DNA of 64,000 nt. Source: Azolla caroliniana (taxonomy: Eukaryota > Plantae > Polypodiophyta). Under the pieces are notes generated by a model, which worked only from the letters and a program-made list of their open reading frames with translations, did not search any database and was not told the origin of the DNA. The stretch covers positions 20,398,001 through 20,462,000 of the forward strand of contig JBHGNT010000010.1 of NCBI GenBank assembly GCA_043228905.1, given 5' to 3'. The position numbers and the translations under genes are program-made. How positions within the stretch are numbered: the stretch's first letter is position 1; every line of letters begins with the position of its first letter. This document shows positions 25,930-38,969 of this stretch, in pieces.

Positions 25930-27946
25930 TGTCAAGATTCGAACTCTTGACATGACCAAGTTATAATCGAGTGTTATGTGTTAATCACACATCTAACATA
26001 TAATCATGTATATACTTCCTCATTGTAGGTTTTAGCTAGCATCATGTGCATAATTTCTCCCTTGTATTATTAACACTTGGCACATGCATGCGTACCTACT
26101 GCCTACATGCTCTATTGTATCACATGCGTGCAACAGGTATGCATGCCACTTAGTATAAATAGTTGAGTTCACCTTGAAGGAATTCAAGGTGAACAATGCC
26201 AGTCATGGACATATCAATCTAGTATTTTCGTTTCGCCCAATCTTGTCTGCATGATCTTCATATCTATCTTTATGCTTTTGTGTCATTCCGTCATCGCTCT
26301 GTCGTAGTCTCATCATCCGTGCTTCGTCTTAGTTCACGCTTGGTGTGTCCGTGACAGTTTGTTCACCTTCCAACTAGAAGCATCACCCGTCTCCGTCATC
26401 ACCCTTGCTTCTAGAGTTACCATCGTCACCGTACCATCATCAACATCGCTTCATTTCCTATCTTCCTCGCCATTTCTATCTCCTAGTTTCTTCTCATCAT
26501 TTTCATTGGCTTTTAGTTTCTCCTCATCATTGTCTCTATTTTTTTAGTTTCTTTCCCGTTCGTGTTCGTATTCTAGTTCCCGGTGAGGGCCGCACAAGGC
26601 CGCTCACTCCCGTTGGTGTTCGTGTTCCACTTCCCGGTGAGGACCGCACAAGGCCACTCACTCCCGTTGGTGTTCATGTTCCAGTTCCCCGTGAGGTCCG
26701 CACAAGGCCGCTCACTTCCGTTGGTGTTCGTGTTCTAGTTCCCGGTGAGGGTTGCATGGTCGCTCACGCCCATTCGTGTTCCTGTTCTCGGTGAGCATGG
26801 TCGCTCACGCACGTTCGCGTTCGAGTTCCCGGTGAGGGCCGCATGGTCGCTCACGCCCGTTCGTGTTCCTGTCCCGGTGAGGGCCGCACATGGCCACTCA
26901 CTCCCGTTCGTGTTCCTGTTGCTAGTGAGGGCCGCATGGTCGCTCACTCCCGTTCGTGTTCCAGTATCCGGTGACAACCACACATGGTCGCTCACTCCAA
27001 CTATTGTTCGTGTTCTAGATCCCGGTGAGGACCAACATGGTCGCTCTTGCCCGTTGTTGTTCATGTTCCAGTTCCCAGTGAGGACCACACATGGTCGATT
27101 AATGCCATTCATGTTCCTGTTCCCGATGAGGGCCACATGGTCGCTCACCCGTTCGTGTTCCATTTCTTGGTGAGGACAACATGGTTGCTCACGCCCGTTG
27201 GTGTTCGTGTTCCAACTCTTAGCGAGGAACGTTCTAGTTCCCGGCAAGGACCCCACATGGTCACTCATGCCCCTTGGTGTTCATGCTCCCCGTGAGGACC
27301 GCACATGGTCGATCACACCCGTTGATATTTGTGTTCCAGTCCTACGCGTGGACCACACATGGTCGCTCGTGCCCGTTGGTGTTAAATACCTCGTCTTGTG
27401 GAAGGGTTACTCCTTGTCTAGGATTTACAAAATACTTTTGAGGTGATCTAAGATTTTCATCAACAATGTCCCCTAAAGTCGACAAACGATTTGGGAAGGC
27501 ATCGTTTGAGGGAGGATAATGTCAAGATTCGAACTCTTGACATGACCAAGTTATAATCGAGTGTTATGTGTTAACCACACATCTAACATATAATCATGTA
27601 TATACTTCCTCATTGTAGGTTTTAGCTAGCATCATGTGCATAATTTCTCCCTTGTATTATTAACACTTGGCACATGCATGCGTACCTACTGCCTACATGC
27701 TCTATTGTATCACATGCGTGCAACAGGTATGCATGCCACTTAGTATAAATAGTTGAGTTCACCTTGATGGAATTCAAGGTGAACAATGCCAGTCATGGAC
27801 ATATCAATCTAGTATTTTCGTTTCGCCCAATCTTGTCTCCATGATCTTCATATCTATCTTTATGCTTTTGTGTCATTCCGTCATCGCTCTGTCGTAGTCT
27901 CATCATCCGTGCTTCGTCTTAGTCCACGCTTGGTGTGTCCATGACA
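25930..27946 (+). mobile_element. Non-autonomous LTR retroelement (427-bp LTRs, non-coding repeat-rich interior)
   Basis: LTRs 25930-26356 and 27520-27946 (TG...CA, 5 substitutions counted by eye). TSD acatg at 25925-25929 and 27947-27951. Purine tract gagggaggataa before the 3' LTR. No gag/pol motifs seen. Confidence 0.93.
26555..27385. repeat. GC-rich ~54-bp tandem repeat inside the LTR element
   Basis: cccggtgagg(g/a)ccgcac..g(t/c)cgctcac(t/g)cccgtt(g/c)gtgttc units with starts 54 bp apart (26581, 26635, 26689). Later units are shorter or degenerate. Confidence 0.9.
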
Positions 27947-28691
27947 ACATGGACCCTGCATGGATCCCCCACAAACATGAGAAACAATTCGAGAACACAG
28001 ATGGGTATTATTATTAGACTTTGACGTGCTACTCTCATGATTTACATGGGCATGATGAGAGTAAATACAACAACGATGGTTACGTAACAACTGCTAGGAT
28101 CAAAAGGGGGTGGGAGCTCATTTGTGAGGACCTCAACCGTTGTAACTTCGTAGCTTAACAAATGTTTAATCGGGCACAAAAAACGGTTGTCTTAACATTC
28201 TGATAAGGATTTCGGTCAGAGATCACATTCCGTGTGGTGTGAAATCGAATCCAAGCTTGCAATCCACTTACTCTACGGCCATGGCCACGGACACCGCCCA
28301 ACCGGCATGACCACCACGACTATGGACACCATCATCAAAACCACCATAACCAAAACCACCATCATCAAAACCCCCACCACCACCATCACCAAAACCGTTA
28401 CCAGCAACACCACCGTTTTTGGGGGGAGTTGAAGCTTCGGTCAAAAACAAAAAATAAATAGTCCAGGATTTGGCGGTTTTGTCAGTCACACTGCGCGCCT
28501 CCTTTTTTTCAAAACCGCCAATCCAATCCCCACTCCTCTCTAAATCCTTCTTGCTATACAATTTCAATTCGATTTCCAAATCCCTTTCTGCAGACAAAAT
28601 CCATCCTCATCGCAATCCCAATCCCTCCATTTCTGTACCTTGCTTGCATTGGATTGCTCTGTCTCCCCATTTCCTTCTCTTCTAGTATTGG

Positions 28692-28719
28692 TTTAGGGTT
28701 TAGGGTTTAGGGTTTAGGG
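28692..28719 (+). repeat. (TTTAGGG)4 plant telomere-type repeat / telo-box just upstream of the SKS start codon
   Basis: Four exact TTTAGGG copies ending 36 bp before the ATG at 28756. Confidence 0.85.
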
Positions 28720-28755
28720 TATAGGGATTGTTCTGTCCTTTGGTTTTCCTTGGCT

Positions 28756-31700
28756 ATGGCCATGCCTATCAGGACCCTGCCTCTGTCCCTGCTCCTCTTC
28801 CTCCTCTGTCTCTCTACAGTGATCGAAGCTTCTGGCAGCTTGGTATGGGAAGAAAACAAAGACGATGCCGTGCAGTCCCTCGCTTGGAACGTGACCTACG
28901 CCATCGCTGCACCGCTTGGCGTTCCAAAGAAGGTTACCATTTCTCCCGATTGTTTTATAATCTCGATCCTTCTACATACTTTCCTTCTTCGCCTTCTTCG
29001 CCATCGCCCATCACCATTTATATGACCATCATCACTATCATCGCCATCACCATACATATCATTGTCTTCTTTCTTTATCAGATGTGTTTGATTCTCTGTG
29101 TCTGTGTGTGTTTAGGTTTTGTTGATCAATGGCGAGTTTCCTGGTCCTCAGATCGAGACGGTCACAAATGTAAACCTTCAGATCAATGTGTTCAACAGTA
29201 TCGACGAGCCTTTGCTATTCACATGGTAAGCAAAAGAAAGAGTGCAGTTTAAGACCCCGAGTGTTCTCCCTTGATTAAACGAAACCCTAATGCACCTCTT
29301 GAAAGGATGGAACCCCTATTCTCGCTCTCTCTCTCTCTCTCTCTGTAATGAATGAAAAACCTTCTCCTTCTCCTTCTCCTTAACGATAGGCAATGCATTT
29401 CCTGAGTTCTCCATGGCAGCCAGAAGAAATGAATAACCTAATTCGTACTCATGAATGTACGAGAAAACATAACATGTTCTATTTTGGATGCAATGGCCCT
29501 AGTTCCATATGCCCTAAGTATGACTCGATGCACTTTAAAGAAAGAAAACCCTAATTTTTGTTTAAAGAAACTAAACTCTTAAGTATGACTCGATGCACTT
29601 TAAAGAAAGAAAACCCTAATTTTTGTTTAAAGAAACTAAACACTAAAGTCCTAAGAACAAAGGAACGAATGAGAAGCCAAGTTGAATGTCTGTGCGTGCA
29701 GGAATGGCATTTGGCAGAGACGATCATCATGGCAAGACGGAGTGTTAGGTACGAACTGTCCGATTCTTCCCGGACAGAACTTCACGTATTTCTTTCAAGT
29801 GAAGGATCAGATAGGGAGCTACTTCTATTTCCCTACCACAGGGTTTCTTAAGGCTGCAGGTGGCTATGGCGGCATCAAGGTTGATAACAGAGTAATCATC
29901 CCTCTTCCTTATGCAACCCCAGATGCTGATCTCTTCCTGCATATTGGAGATTGGTACAATGCCAATCACACTGTAAGTCTTTTCCTCCTATGTCATGGAT
30001 TAAGGTTTAGAGTTTTTTGGTCATCGTTTAATGTTTAATTTTCAGTGTTTCACGGTTACTGTGTCTTGGATTTAGGGTTTGAGGTTTATCATGTAGCCTA
30101 TACTGTGTAGAGTTAATGGATGGGTTTAGCATTAAACGTGTAGTGCATGGAGTTTAGGGTTTGGCAATTAGCGTGTAGTGTGTGTGGAGTTCATGGTTTA
30201 GTGTGCTAGGGCTGTTAAAGAATTTTAGGTTTAAGATTAGAGGGGCTAAAGCTTAAAAGGATTTAGTTTAGTCTTACGACAAATGTGGAGGTTAGTTAGG
30301 TTATGTGATTAATCTGCAGTTTCATCTCGTGTGTTTTGCTTATTGGATGCTTCACTTTATCCCAGAGAAGAAACCCTAAATCTTTCTGGTCTGGAAATAA
30401 ACCCTAGGATCTTCAAGCTCTGCTGGATGGAGGTGGATCTCTGGGCCCACCAGACGGAATCCTGATCAATGGGAAAGCACCCTTTGGCACAGTCTTGAGC
30501 CTGGAGCAAGGCAAAACCTACAGGCTAAGGATCTCAAATGTGGGCATCTCCACATCTCTCAACTTCAGGATTTCTGGCCATAACCTCACCGTTGTGGAGG
30601 CAGAGGGCTCCCACACACAGCAGAACAGCTACCCGAATCTTGACATACATGTCGGCCAATCCTACTCTGTTCTTGTCACATTGAATCAAGCTCCTGGAGA
30701 TTACTACATTGTGGCCAGCTCCAGATTTACTACTGAGCAGCAGTCCCTGACTGGAATTGGAGTCCTTCATTATTCAAATTCAGGCAGCAATGTCTCTGGG
30801 CCGTTACCCCCGGGGCCGACCGCCGAGATCGAGTACTCGGCTGACCAAGCCAGATCGATCCGGTATATATATAATAATCTCTAACTCAGGAATCAGGATA
30901 CAAATTTTAAGGGGGAAAAAATACCCACACTATATTACATAGGTTTGGGCATTCTGACCAGAAAGAATTCACCCTAACCCTATGGTAGCATGAAAAAAAC
31001 ACATTTTTTTTTTCTTTGTGTATATATAATAATCTCAACTCTGGAATCAGGATGCAAAATACCCACAACATTACATGTTTTGGGCATTCTGACCAGAGAA
31101 GAATTAGCCCTAACCCTATGTAAGCATGAAAAAAACTCATGAACAAAGTTTTTTTTTTGTGATTGTTTTTATTTGTAGGTGGAACTTGACAGCCAATGCG
31201 GCTCGTCCGAATCCACAAGGCTCCTTCCACTATGGCATGATCAATGTCTCGGAGCTCGTTATCGTCCAAGGATCAGGGGGCCTTGTCGATGCGAAACGCC
31301 GTTATTCAGCCAATGGGATCTCGTTTGTGAATCCCGATACGCCACTCAAGCTTGCCGATCATTTCAAGATCGATGGTGTATATTCGCTCGATTTCCCTCG
31401 ATCCCCATCAGGTGTTGTTGGCGGTGCTCCATCCCTCGGGACTTCTGTCCTTTCGGTTGGATATAGAGGTTTTATGGAGCTCGTCTTTCAAAACAATGAG
31501 GACATTGTGCAAAGTTGGCACATTGATGGATATACAGCTTTTGTTGTTGGGTAAGATAAGACTAGCAAATGTTTTTTCTTGGCATTCTTTTATCTATCTA
31601 GCCTATATATAGATATATATTGTGGTGTCCCTTCGTGCCTGTCACACTATATATGCTTGAGCTTAACAACTCTTTTCCTAGGCGTTGATCTATGTATGCT

Positions 31701-32133
31701 GTCAATTAAGACTAAACCTCTCATGTGATGTTATAGTTTTAATGGAGGCCCATGGAGCACAGCCAGCCGAGGAGAGTACAATCTCATCGATGCGGTAGCG
31801 CGATCCACATTTCAGGTGACATGCTAGCTACTTAATGCAAATGAAGGCTTAAATGAAGTTTTAAACTTGAGAGAACAAGACTTAGGCAGGCTCTATACAA
31901 AGGCTCAGTGAGATTGGTTTGATGTCATGATATAGGTCTATCCGCGCTCATGGACAGCGGTAATGTTATCGTTGGACAATGTGGGCATGTGGAATGTGAG
32001 GTCTCAAGTGTGGGAGCGTGTGTATTTAGGGGAGCAATTCTACATTAAGGTGCCAAATCCGGATGGCTCTCTTCGCAATGAAGCTCCTATACCAACAAAT
32101 GTTCTTCTTTGTGGAAAGGCAACTAAACTATAG
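28756..32133 (+). CDS. SKU5-similar (SKS) monocopper oxidase-like protein, 7 exons
   Basis: Exons about 28756-28932, 29116-29225, 29702-29972, 30408-30862, 31179-31550, 31737-31815, 31936-32133. Signal peptide, then WNGIWQRRSSWQDGVLGTNCPI, QVKDQIGSYFYFP, WNLTANAARPNPQGSFHYG and LDNVGMWNVRS. Confidence 0.93.
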
Positions 32134-33112
32134 AGTATAAAGGCCTCATTACTCTAATCATTAAATCCCATTCCTTCTAAATCCCTAATTCCTAATCCCA
32201 AGACCTAATATCGAAGCATTAAACCCTAGGCAAAACCTGCTATCCTCTCAATTCCATTTTGGCATTAAATAAACCTTTGGACTACATCAACCCCCTACCA
32301 CTCCATACCTGATTGATGTAGGTCTATCGGGTTATTTTTGGCTCACTTAATTGTTTTGCTTCCTTCTCATGTATTTATTCATTTTAAGTGGGTTTGATAC
32401 CATTGTCACATGGTCATATATAACTCAGTGTTTCTAGGCTACCATTTTGTCATGTAATTGATTCTTACTAATGGCCATCATTGGCTGCATTATTTTGCTC
32501 ACAAGTTTTTTTCCACGATGGCTCGGTGTTTCACTAAAATAAGAGAAGTCCCTCTATTCTCATAGCAAATGTTGAAGTAAATCAAGAGAAAAATACATAC
32601 ATCACATAATATCATGAATTTGCAATCAATGCTGTGGTATATTGTGCACTTGCAATCAATGACATGATGGTACTGTGAACTCGCAATCAGTTACATGAGA
32701 TTGAGAGGTTACAACCTAACGATAACGTGATGTTGTCAGATTGCAAATCAATTATATGATATTGTAACCTCCTTATCAATTAACGTGATTTTTGTTGGCA
32801 TCATGTTTTGAGAACTGCATTTATAATAATAATTTGTTTGAGTTTATCATATACTTTCTCAATAATAAAAGATGAATGGAGCCATGTTATAAATACACAA
32901 TGCATTATATGTGATCATATTTGTTTGACTCCATTCCTTTGCAAAAAATGTAAACTAAAAGATGAGGCCAAGACTAAGCTCATTCATAAAAATTGTTATA
33001 TTTCTACAAGGGCCTTTCTAATAATATAGATGTCATGTTGGGTTTCTCCTAGACTTTTGAAAGAGCAAAGAGTACAATTGATGATGGGCTTTTAAATGAG
33101 GCATGTTGTGTA

Positions 33113-35889
33113 TTAACAAACAAACAGAATTAGAACTGAGGATAAGATGAATAACATATGAAAATAGAGATGATGAATTAATGAGGCAGTATGATTTGCA
33201 TAGGTTGGGTTATTAGAGTTTCCATCGTATACAACACTAGAGTTTCCATTGATGCCGTTTCCGCTGCCAGCGACACTCACATTGTACATGGTATTCGCGC
33301 TGGTGAAAAGGAATCGAAGAAATTAATATGTGAGAAACTTACAAATGAATGAAAGCCTAAATCTTTCTTATTTTTTAAAATTTCTTTCTTGATGCCTTGG
33401 AGATGGAAATATGATCATACCAATCACAATTTTACACTCAGAGATAGTCTACTCCAAATCTCTCTAATGGCAAGCCATACTTGTATTCACCCATACACCC
33501 AAATTCAAATCTCATTAAATTTACTACCTTGATGTAAGGGTTGGACACATGATCTCCTTGGCTCCCCCCTAAAACATTACCAACTTACCTACATTCTTCG
33601 GGTTCAATAAGGGTCCATATCCGAGTACCTTTAATTTAATGACAAGTTTGTGTAAGAAGATACCTTTCCGGGAATATACACGTGCCGACACCTGCGGTCA
33701 AGGAAATATCATGTTATATAGAGTTAGCTCACACATGTAAGCAAAATGGCAAAGAGGAATTGTTACTAGAAGAAAAAGGCTTGAGAGTTGGCTACAATAT
33801 AACAAATAACCATTGTTTTTAGATTATATCATTTTGTGGTATGATTAGAAATGTCCTTTAGAAAAGGAAACTTGAAGATGAGACTTACTAGGATTTGTGG
33901 TAGAGATGGTGGCAAGGCCATTGAAATCACAACTACCTTGGGATCGACCATTATTTTGATAAAAGCTATCGAAAGCAAAAGAGGCATGTGCTAGGACATT
34001 GTCCGGCTCATAACAAAGTTGTCCGGGTTGAATGGCCGAACAATTTGCCCGTCCAACACCGCATGCCCAATCCAATGCGATTTGTAAGGCATCCTCCACA
34101 TCTTTCCCACCTTTTGCAACACAATAAAGCTTAGAGGCAGTGTCATTTGCCAACAAGGGCCCCGAATTCGAGAGCTTTAACAAATACATGGGTAACATGG
34201 TCGATGCATTGAATAGGCCGTAGTTTTTATCGGTCGCAGAACCAACCCTCGTATCCTCGATGAATAGCTCGAACAAAAAGGTATTAATGCTCACATTTCG
34301 CCTCTTTGGTGTCCCCGCATTGTTGAGAATGTGTGCTATTAGGTTGCTATTATATGTCGATGCATTATCCATAGTAGCATCGGGATCACTACCTTCTTCC
34401 CCGGCCGAAGGCCATCCCGTGGCCGAAACCACGACCGGAATCTCAGTATGGTTCATCTTCACCAACGCGAAAAAGACCGCATCTATCACCGCATCAAAGA
34501 GATTCCGGTATTGATAGAGCGTGTTGGTGTCAACAACCACATTGTTCGGCGTGATCGGGTTGAGAAGTGCGTAGTCGAGGAGGATGATTCCATCGCTAGA
34601 TTTATAGATGTCATATGAGAAGATGTTGAGCATGAAAAATGAGGAGGTTTGGGAGAGGAAATCTAGCAATGGTTGGATGATGGATGCACCAAAGGTCTTG
34701 TTGAAGTAAGCTTGAGAAGGGGGGAAGGAGTCCAATATAAGGGAGGGGTCGTGTGAAGTGGAGATTTTAATGTTATTAGTGAGATTCGAGGAGGATAGCG
34801 CGGAGTGAAGGAATTTCATTGCGGGGACCAACACAAGTGCGGCATTTGGATATGAAGTCAGAACTTCGGTACCAACACATATAGATGTTATATTGGTGAA
34901 GGGAAGGTAGGGTAGCACATTAGCTTGTACCCAAGTCACCGCGGACACATTGGATTCTCCTACACTTAGGAGTTGTGTGTTTGGCAAGGTTATCATGACC
35001 TCAATTCCCGTCCTCGATAGGGCTTTTAGCATTGCCGGATCGGCATCATATAGCCTAATATTGTTGATTGATTGCCTCTTGAGTAGATCGACAACTTGTG
35101 TTGGCAATACCGTTGCTGAGAATTGGGTTCCATAGTTCACTCCCACAAACCCTCCTGTCCAATATTTATCATTTGAGCAATATGAGATCTTGGTGTGATT
35201 GCTTAGTGTTAAATTCACAAGAAAGGTTTGACAAAATGCCCGAATATTATGATGTTCCAAGTGTTAAATTCATAAAGAGTCGGCCTTAGCTATAACTAGA
35301 GTGCTTGAAATTATGAGCTTTTACATCATGTGGAATACTTACTTAGTTAAGTGTGATGGGTGTCCAAGTGAGCCACACACATATACCACCAAACAATTCA
35401 CACATGATTTTATAGGATGAGGGGGTTTTAAGCCATATAATTGAAAATGGGAAAAGCCCGGCCTTCCATTGGTTGATGTTCCCCTATTGCATCAACCTAG
35501 TTATGATCCATTGTCTCCCTCAAAAGCCCAAACGAATGTTGGGATTGAATCCACAATGTCCGTCGACTCATATATGTACGTGCATGATCTTAGTATTTAC
35601 ACATGCATAACATATCAAGTAATTTGTGTAAAATGTGAAGCATGACATGGTTACAATTTCAAATGAGGTTCTTTGGCATGTACATGGACAAAGTTTTGTA
35701 TATTTGTGTACAAATGCATGAATAATGGTGAAATGTGGCCACAATCAAACAAAGAACATTAGTGAAGAAAGAAATTAATGAAGATAGAAATTCATTAATA
35801 CCTTTAGAGAGCCAAAAGAAATTAGCAAGATTTAGGAGGAGGGTAAGGAAGAGGTTAGAGGATCCAATTCTTCTTCTAGATGCCATCAT
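33113..35889 (-). CDS. Glucan endo-1,3-beta-glucosidase (GH17 + X8/CBM43, probable GPI anchor)
   Basis: Exons about 35889-35802, 35154-33889, 33691-33664, 33299-33113. Motifs VGVNYG, IRLYDADP, SFPPSQAYF, TGWPSAG, the X8 motif YCVAK..ALDWACG, and a hydrophobic C-terminus. Confidence 0.9.
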
Positions 35890-38800
35890 TAAGTCGATAT
35901 ATTGAGGAGTAATATTTATGTAAAGAGGAGATTATTTGGTTTTGCACATCTTTACATATATTATATGCTTGTCTTAGAAATGAAGCAAATGCGTCTCTCT
36001 TCTACTATTTTGATTCTTGCTCCATGTACCAATTGTGCTAGTGCTAAATTTGCAAGCCCACATATTACGCAATCCTCTATCATTTGTGTACCTTAGGTTT
36101 ATGGCTTATGTATAGAACACCTTTTTAATGCAAGGCTTTATGGCTTTGGAGCTCCTGAATAAGTAACATCACCTGCCATTGTTTCCTTCATTGGTTTGTT
36201 TGAACATTTAAAAGGGCACATAGATATATGTGCACACAAAGAAAGCATGATGTAGATAACTTCTCCAAGAGACGTAATCCAAGTTATATATTGAGATGTC
36301 GAGGTGTGGAGAAACCTCTTACGTGTGGAGCCAACACAATTGTATGACGAAGTTGACATGCTGTACTAATTTATGTGTGTGCATGCACCACATCTCATAC
36401 GATTCAACATTCTAGTTTATGTGTAAGCATGTACACACATAGTGAGGTTAATTAAGGGCAAAGGCCTAAGGTCAAGACAGAAACAAGTTACAACCTTTGA
36501 ACATGGAAAAATAAGTTAGACCTATTTCAATTCGACCACATCAGCCATCTAGCTAATGTACACTTGGGTGGACAAAACTATGTATGAGGGGCTTCTACAT
36601 TGTGGCTTTGAATCGTTATTGGTCAATATTTAGTTTCCCTATAATATATTAAGAAAATTTCGGAGATGACAACAAAAACAATAATGATTCATATTGATTA
36701 CAAATTTATAATATGTGAAATCTTACTTCCATGGTAAAAGGGAAATTTTGGTCTTTGACGATTGCTTTTGGAACACGGGTAATACTCATATTTTTAAAGC
36801 TACATGGGGGTAGAGCCGATATTACCCTCGAGAAGAGGGTATATATATATATATATCCCATTAGCTCTCTTGTGAAAATAATTGGCTAGTCTAACTTCTC
36901 ACCAATTATGTTTCTCTGCGCACACATTTACATTTATATCTACGAAGACTACACCACCCGCCCTACATTATAGCCTTTACATACCTTCTCTCTATATTTC
37001 TCACACATATGACTTGTATTACAATTTGAAATTTAATATTTCTGCTTTGTTCCTAAATCATTCATGAAATCCTATTTTTGTGTGTGTAACTTTTAACAGA
37101 GAGACTAGATTTCCCTTGTTCTCAACCGTGTTCACTTACTTCAATGTTGGTTTTTTAGTTTAGGTAAGGTTATATCTTGTCAATGAGATGCCGAAATATC
37201 TAGGGTTAGCTCAACCTGCAATATATCATGAAAACCCCACAATGCACAACCACATTAAAGTCCACTTTGTTGAAGATCATATGCCTTAAACTATCCATCT
37301 ATCAACTTTGATGTCGGTTCATCATAATCCCATGCTCAAGAGTCAAGACTATAATTTTGACTGTCAATCTAGAGTTATGTTAAATTGGTGAAACTAAGAA
37401 GTTGGTATGCATTGATATTGGAAAGGCAACATTGTAGCTACTGCTTGTCCATCCAAGGCCTCCTAACATTAAATTTAATAACTTAACCAAGTGTTCTAGA
37501 CACCAACATACGTCTTCCAATTTATTTGTACTTTGCATGGGCCCCTCAAATTGTATGATATGGTAATATTAGCAAGAGTAAATAATCTTTAGTAGATAAA
37601 AATTACCAATGTAAGGGGGGTCTAGTAAAATAATAATAAAGCACTCTTGTGTGCAATCCTCGAGGGAGGCACTACTATATTCAACGGTGCACTTGGAGCA
37701 TATTTAGAAACCCATTATGCATAGCCTTTTATTCAAATAGTACCCCTATGTTTGCAAAACAAAAGTAAAAATTGTATATTAAAGAACCTCTTGCTTCAAC
37801 CCACATGCTATATTGATTTACTATAGTTGCATGCGTTGCCACAATGACAAATTATTGAGGTTTGGTGTTAAAATGTAGGGAAGCTCAAGAATAATTAGTA
37901 GTGGCATAAAGCTTATTGAGCAACCTCAACAATGTATATAGAAAGAGAATGCTAACATTCACCTATAATCCTTCTTGACTACTTTGGATATTGCATGTTA
38001 ACTAATACATCGTTGAAACGGGCGAACTCTTATGTTGTTTGCATTGATAATGTCACTTGCCCTTGTCACGTGCCCTTATGCTTGTAGTATTAGTACAAAG
38101 AGGACAAGTTGAGGCAAGACAAAACATGGTAAACTATAGCTATTTTGTACAACATGCATATACATGATTACATATTAGAGTAAGACTAGTTTTCTCTCCT
38201 TCGAGACCCATAAATTAAACATGGAACATTGTAAAGTCTACATAAATAGCAAATTGTGATTAAAAGTTAGGTTACAAAACTCGAGCTTATGGAATAGCAA
38301 AGGGACTAATAATTGAACATCATTGTTCTTGGGATGTTTGTAAAATTTTCATGTGTTTCACTTTTATCTTGTCAAATTATTTCAAGATGTTGTGGGTATT
38401 CAAGGTATCATTGTCCAACTAGACAAACACTAGCTACTAGTTTTGCGGGCATTCCGGATATCCTTGTCTCCAGAGACAAACACTAGCTCGGTATAATTGG
38501 CGAAAATAGTGTTGGGTTCTAAATGAGCAATACCCACCTTAGCTTAACAACTCATTTGTTAAAAGAACAAAAAGAAACAAACAAGCACACAAGAGTGTCT
38601 GTATGTTGTGTCACAAAAAATGAAATTGCTCACAAATGTAGTATTGATAATGACACATTCCTGTTTTTTAGTGTTGAAAACTTTTGTTTTGTTTTTTTGG
38701 GGGGGAGGGAGAGAGGGTCACGAGAAGCTATAATTGGCCATGGCCATTGGGGGGGGAGGGTCTTGAGCCACAAAATCCATATATCTATCTCATTCACAAT

Positions 38801-38896
38801 TGTGAAAGTAGTTAAACATTCTATTACAATCAATTTGTGTGTTAGTATGAGGATAGATGGAACAAAGAGAGAGAGGGAGGGGTAATTATAAAGCAT

Positions 38897-38968
<72 letters not shown>

Positions 38969-38969
38969 T

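Noticed and set aside
26405-27446. Overlapping ORFs on both strands
   Set aside because: Products of the 54-bp tandem repeat, with no recognizable protein motifs.
28692-28719. Chromosome end or interstitial telomere
   Set aside because: Only four units, in a gene-proximal position, and similar AAACCCTA motifs are scattered through introns. Best read as telo-boxes.
30863-31130. ~157-bp duplication in SKS intron 4
   Set aside because: Real but an ordinary local intronic duplication with no sign of function.
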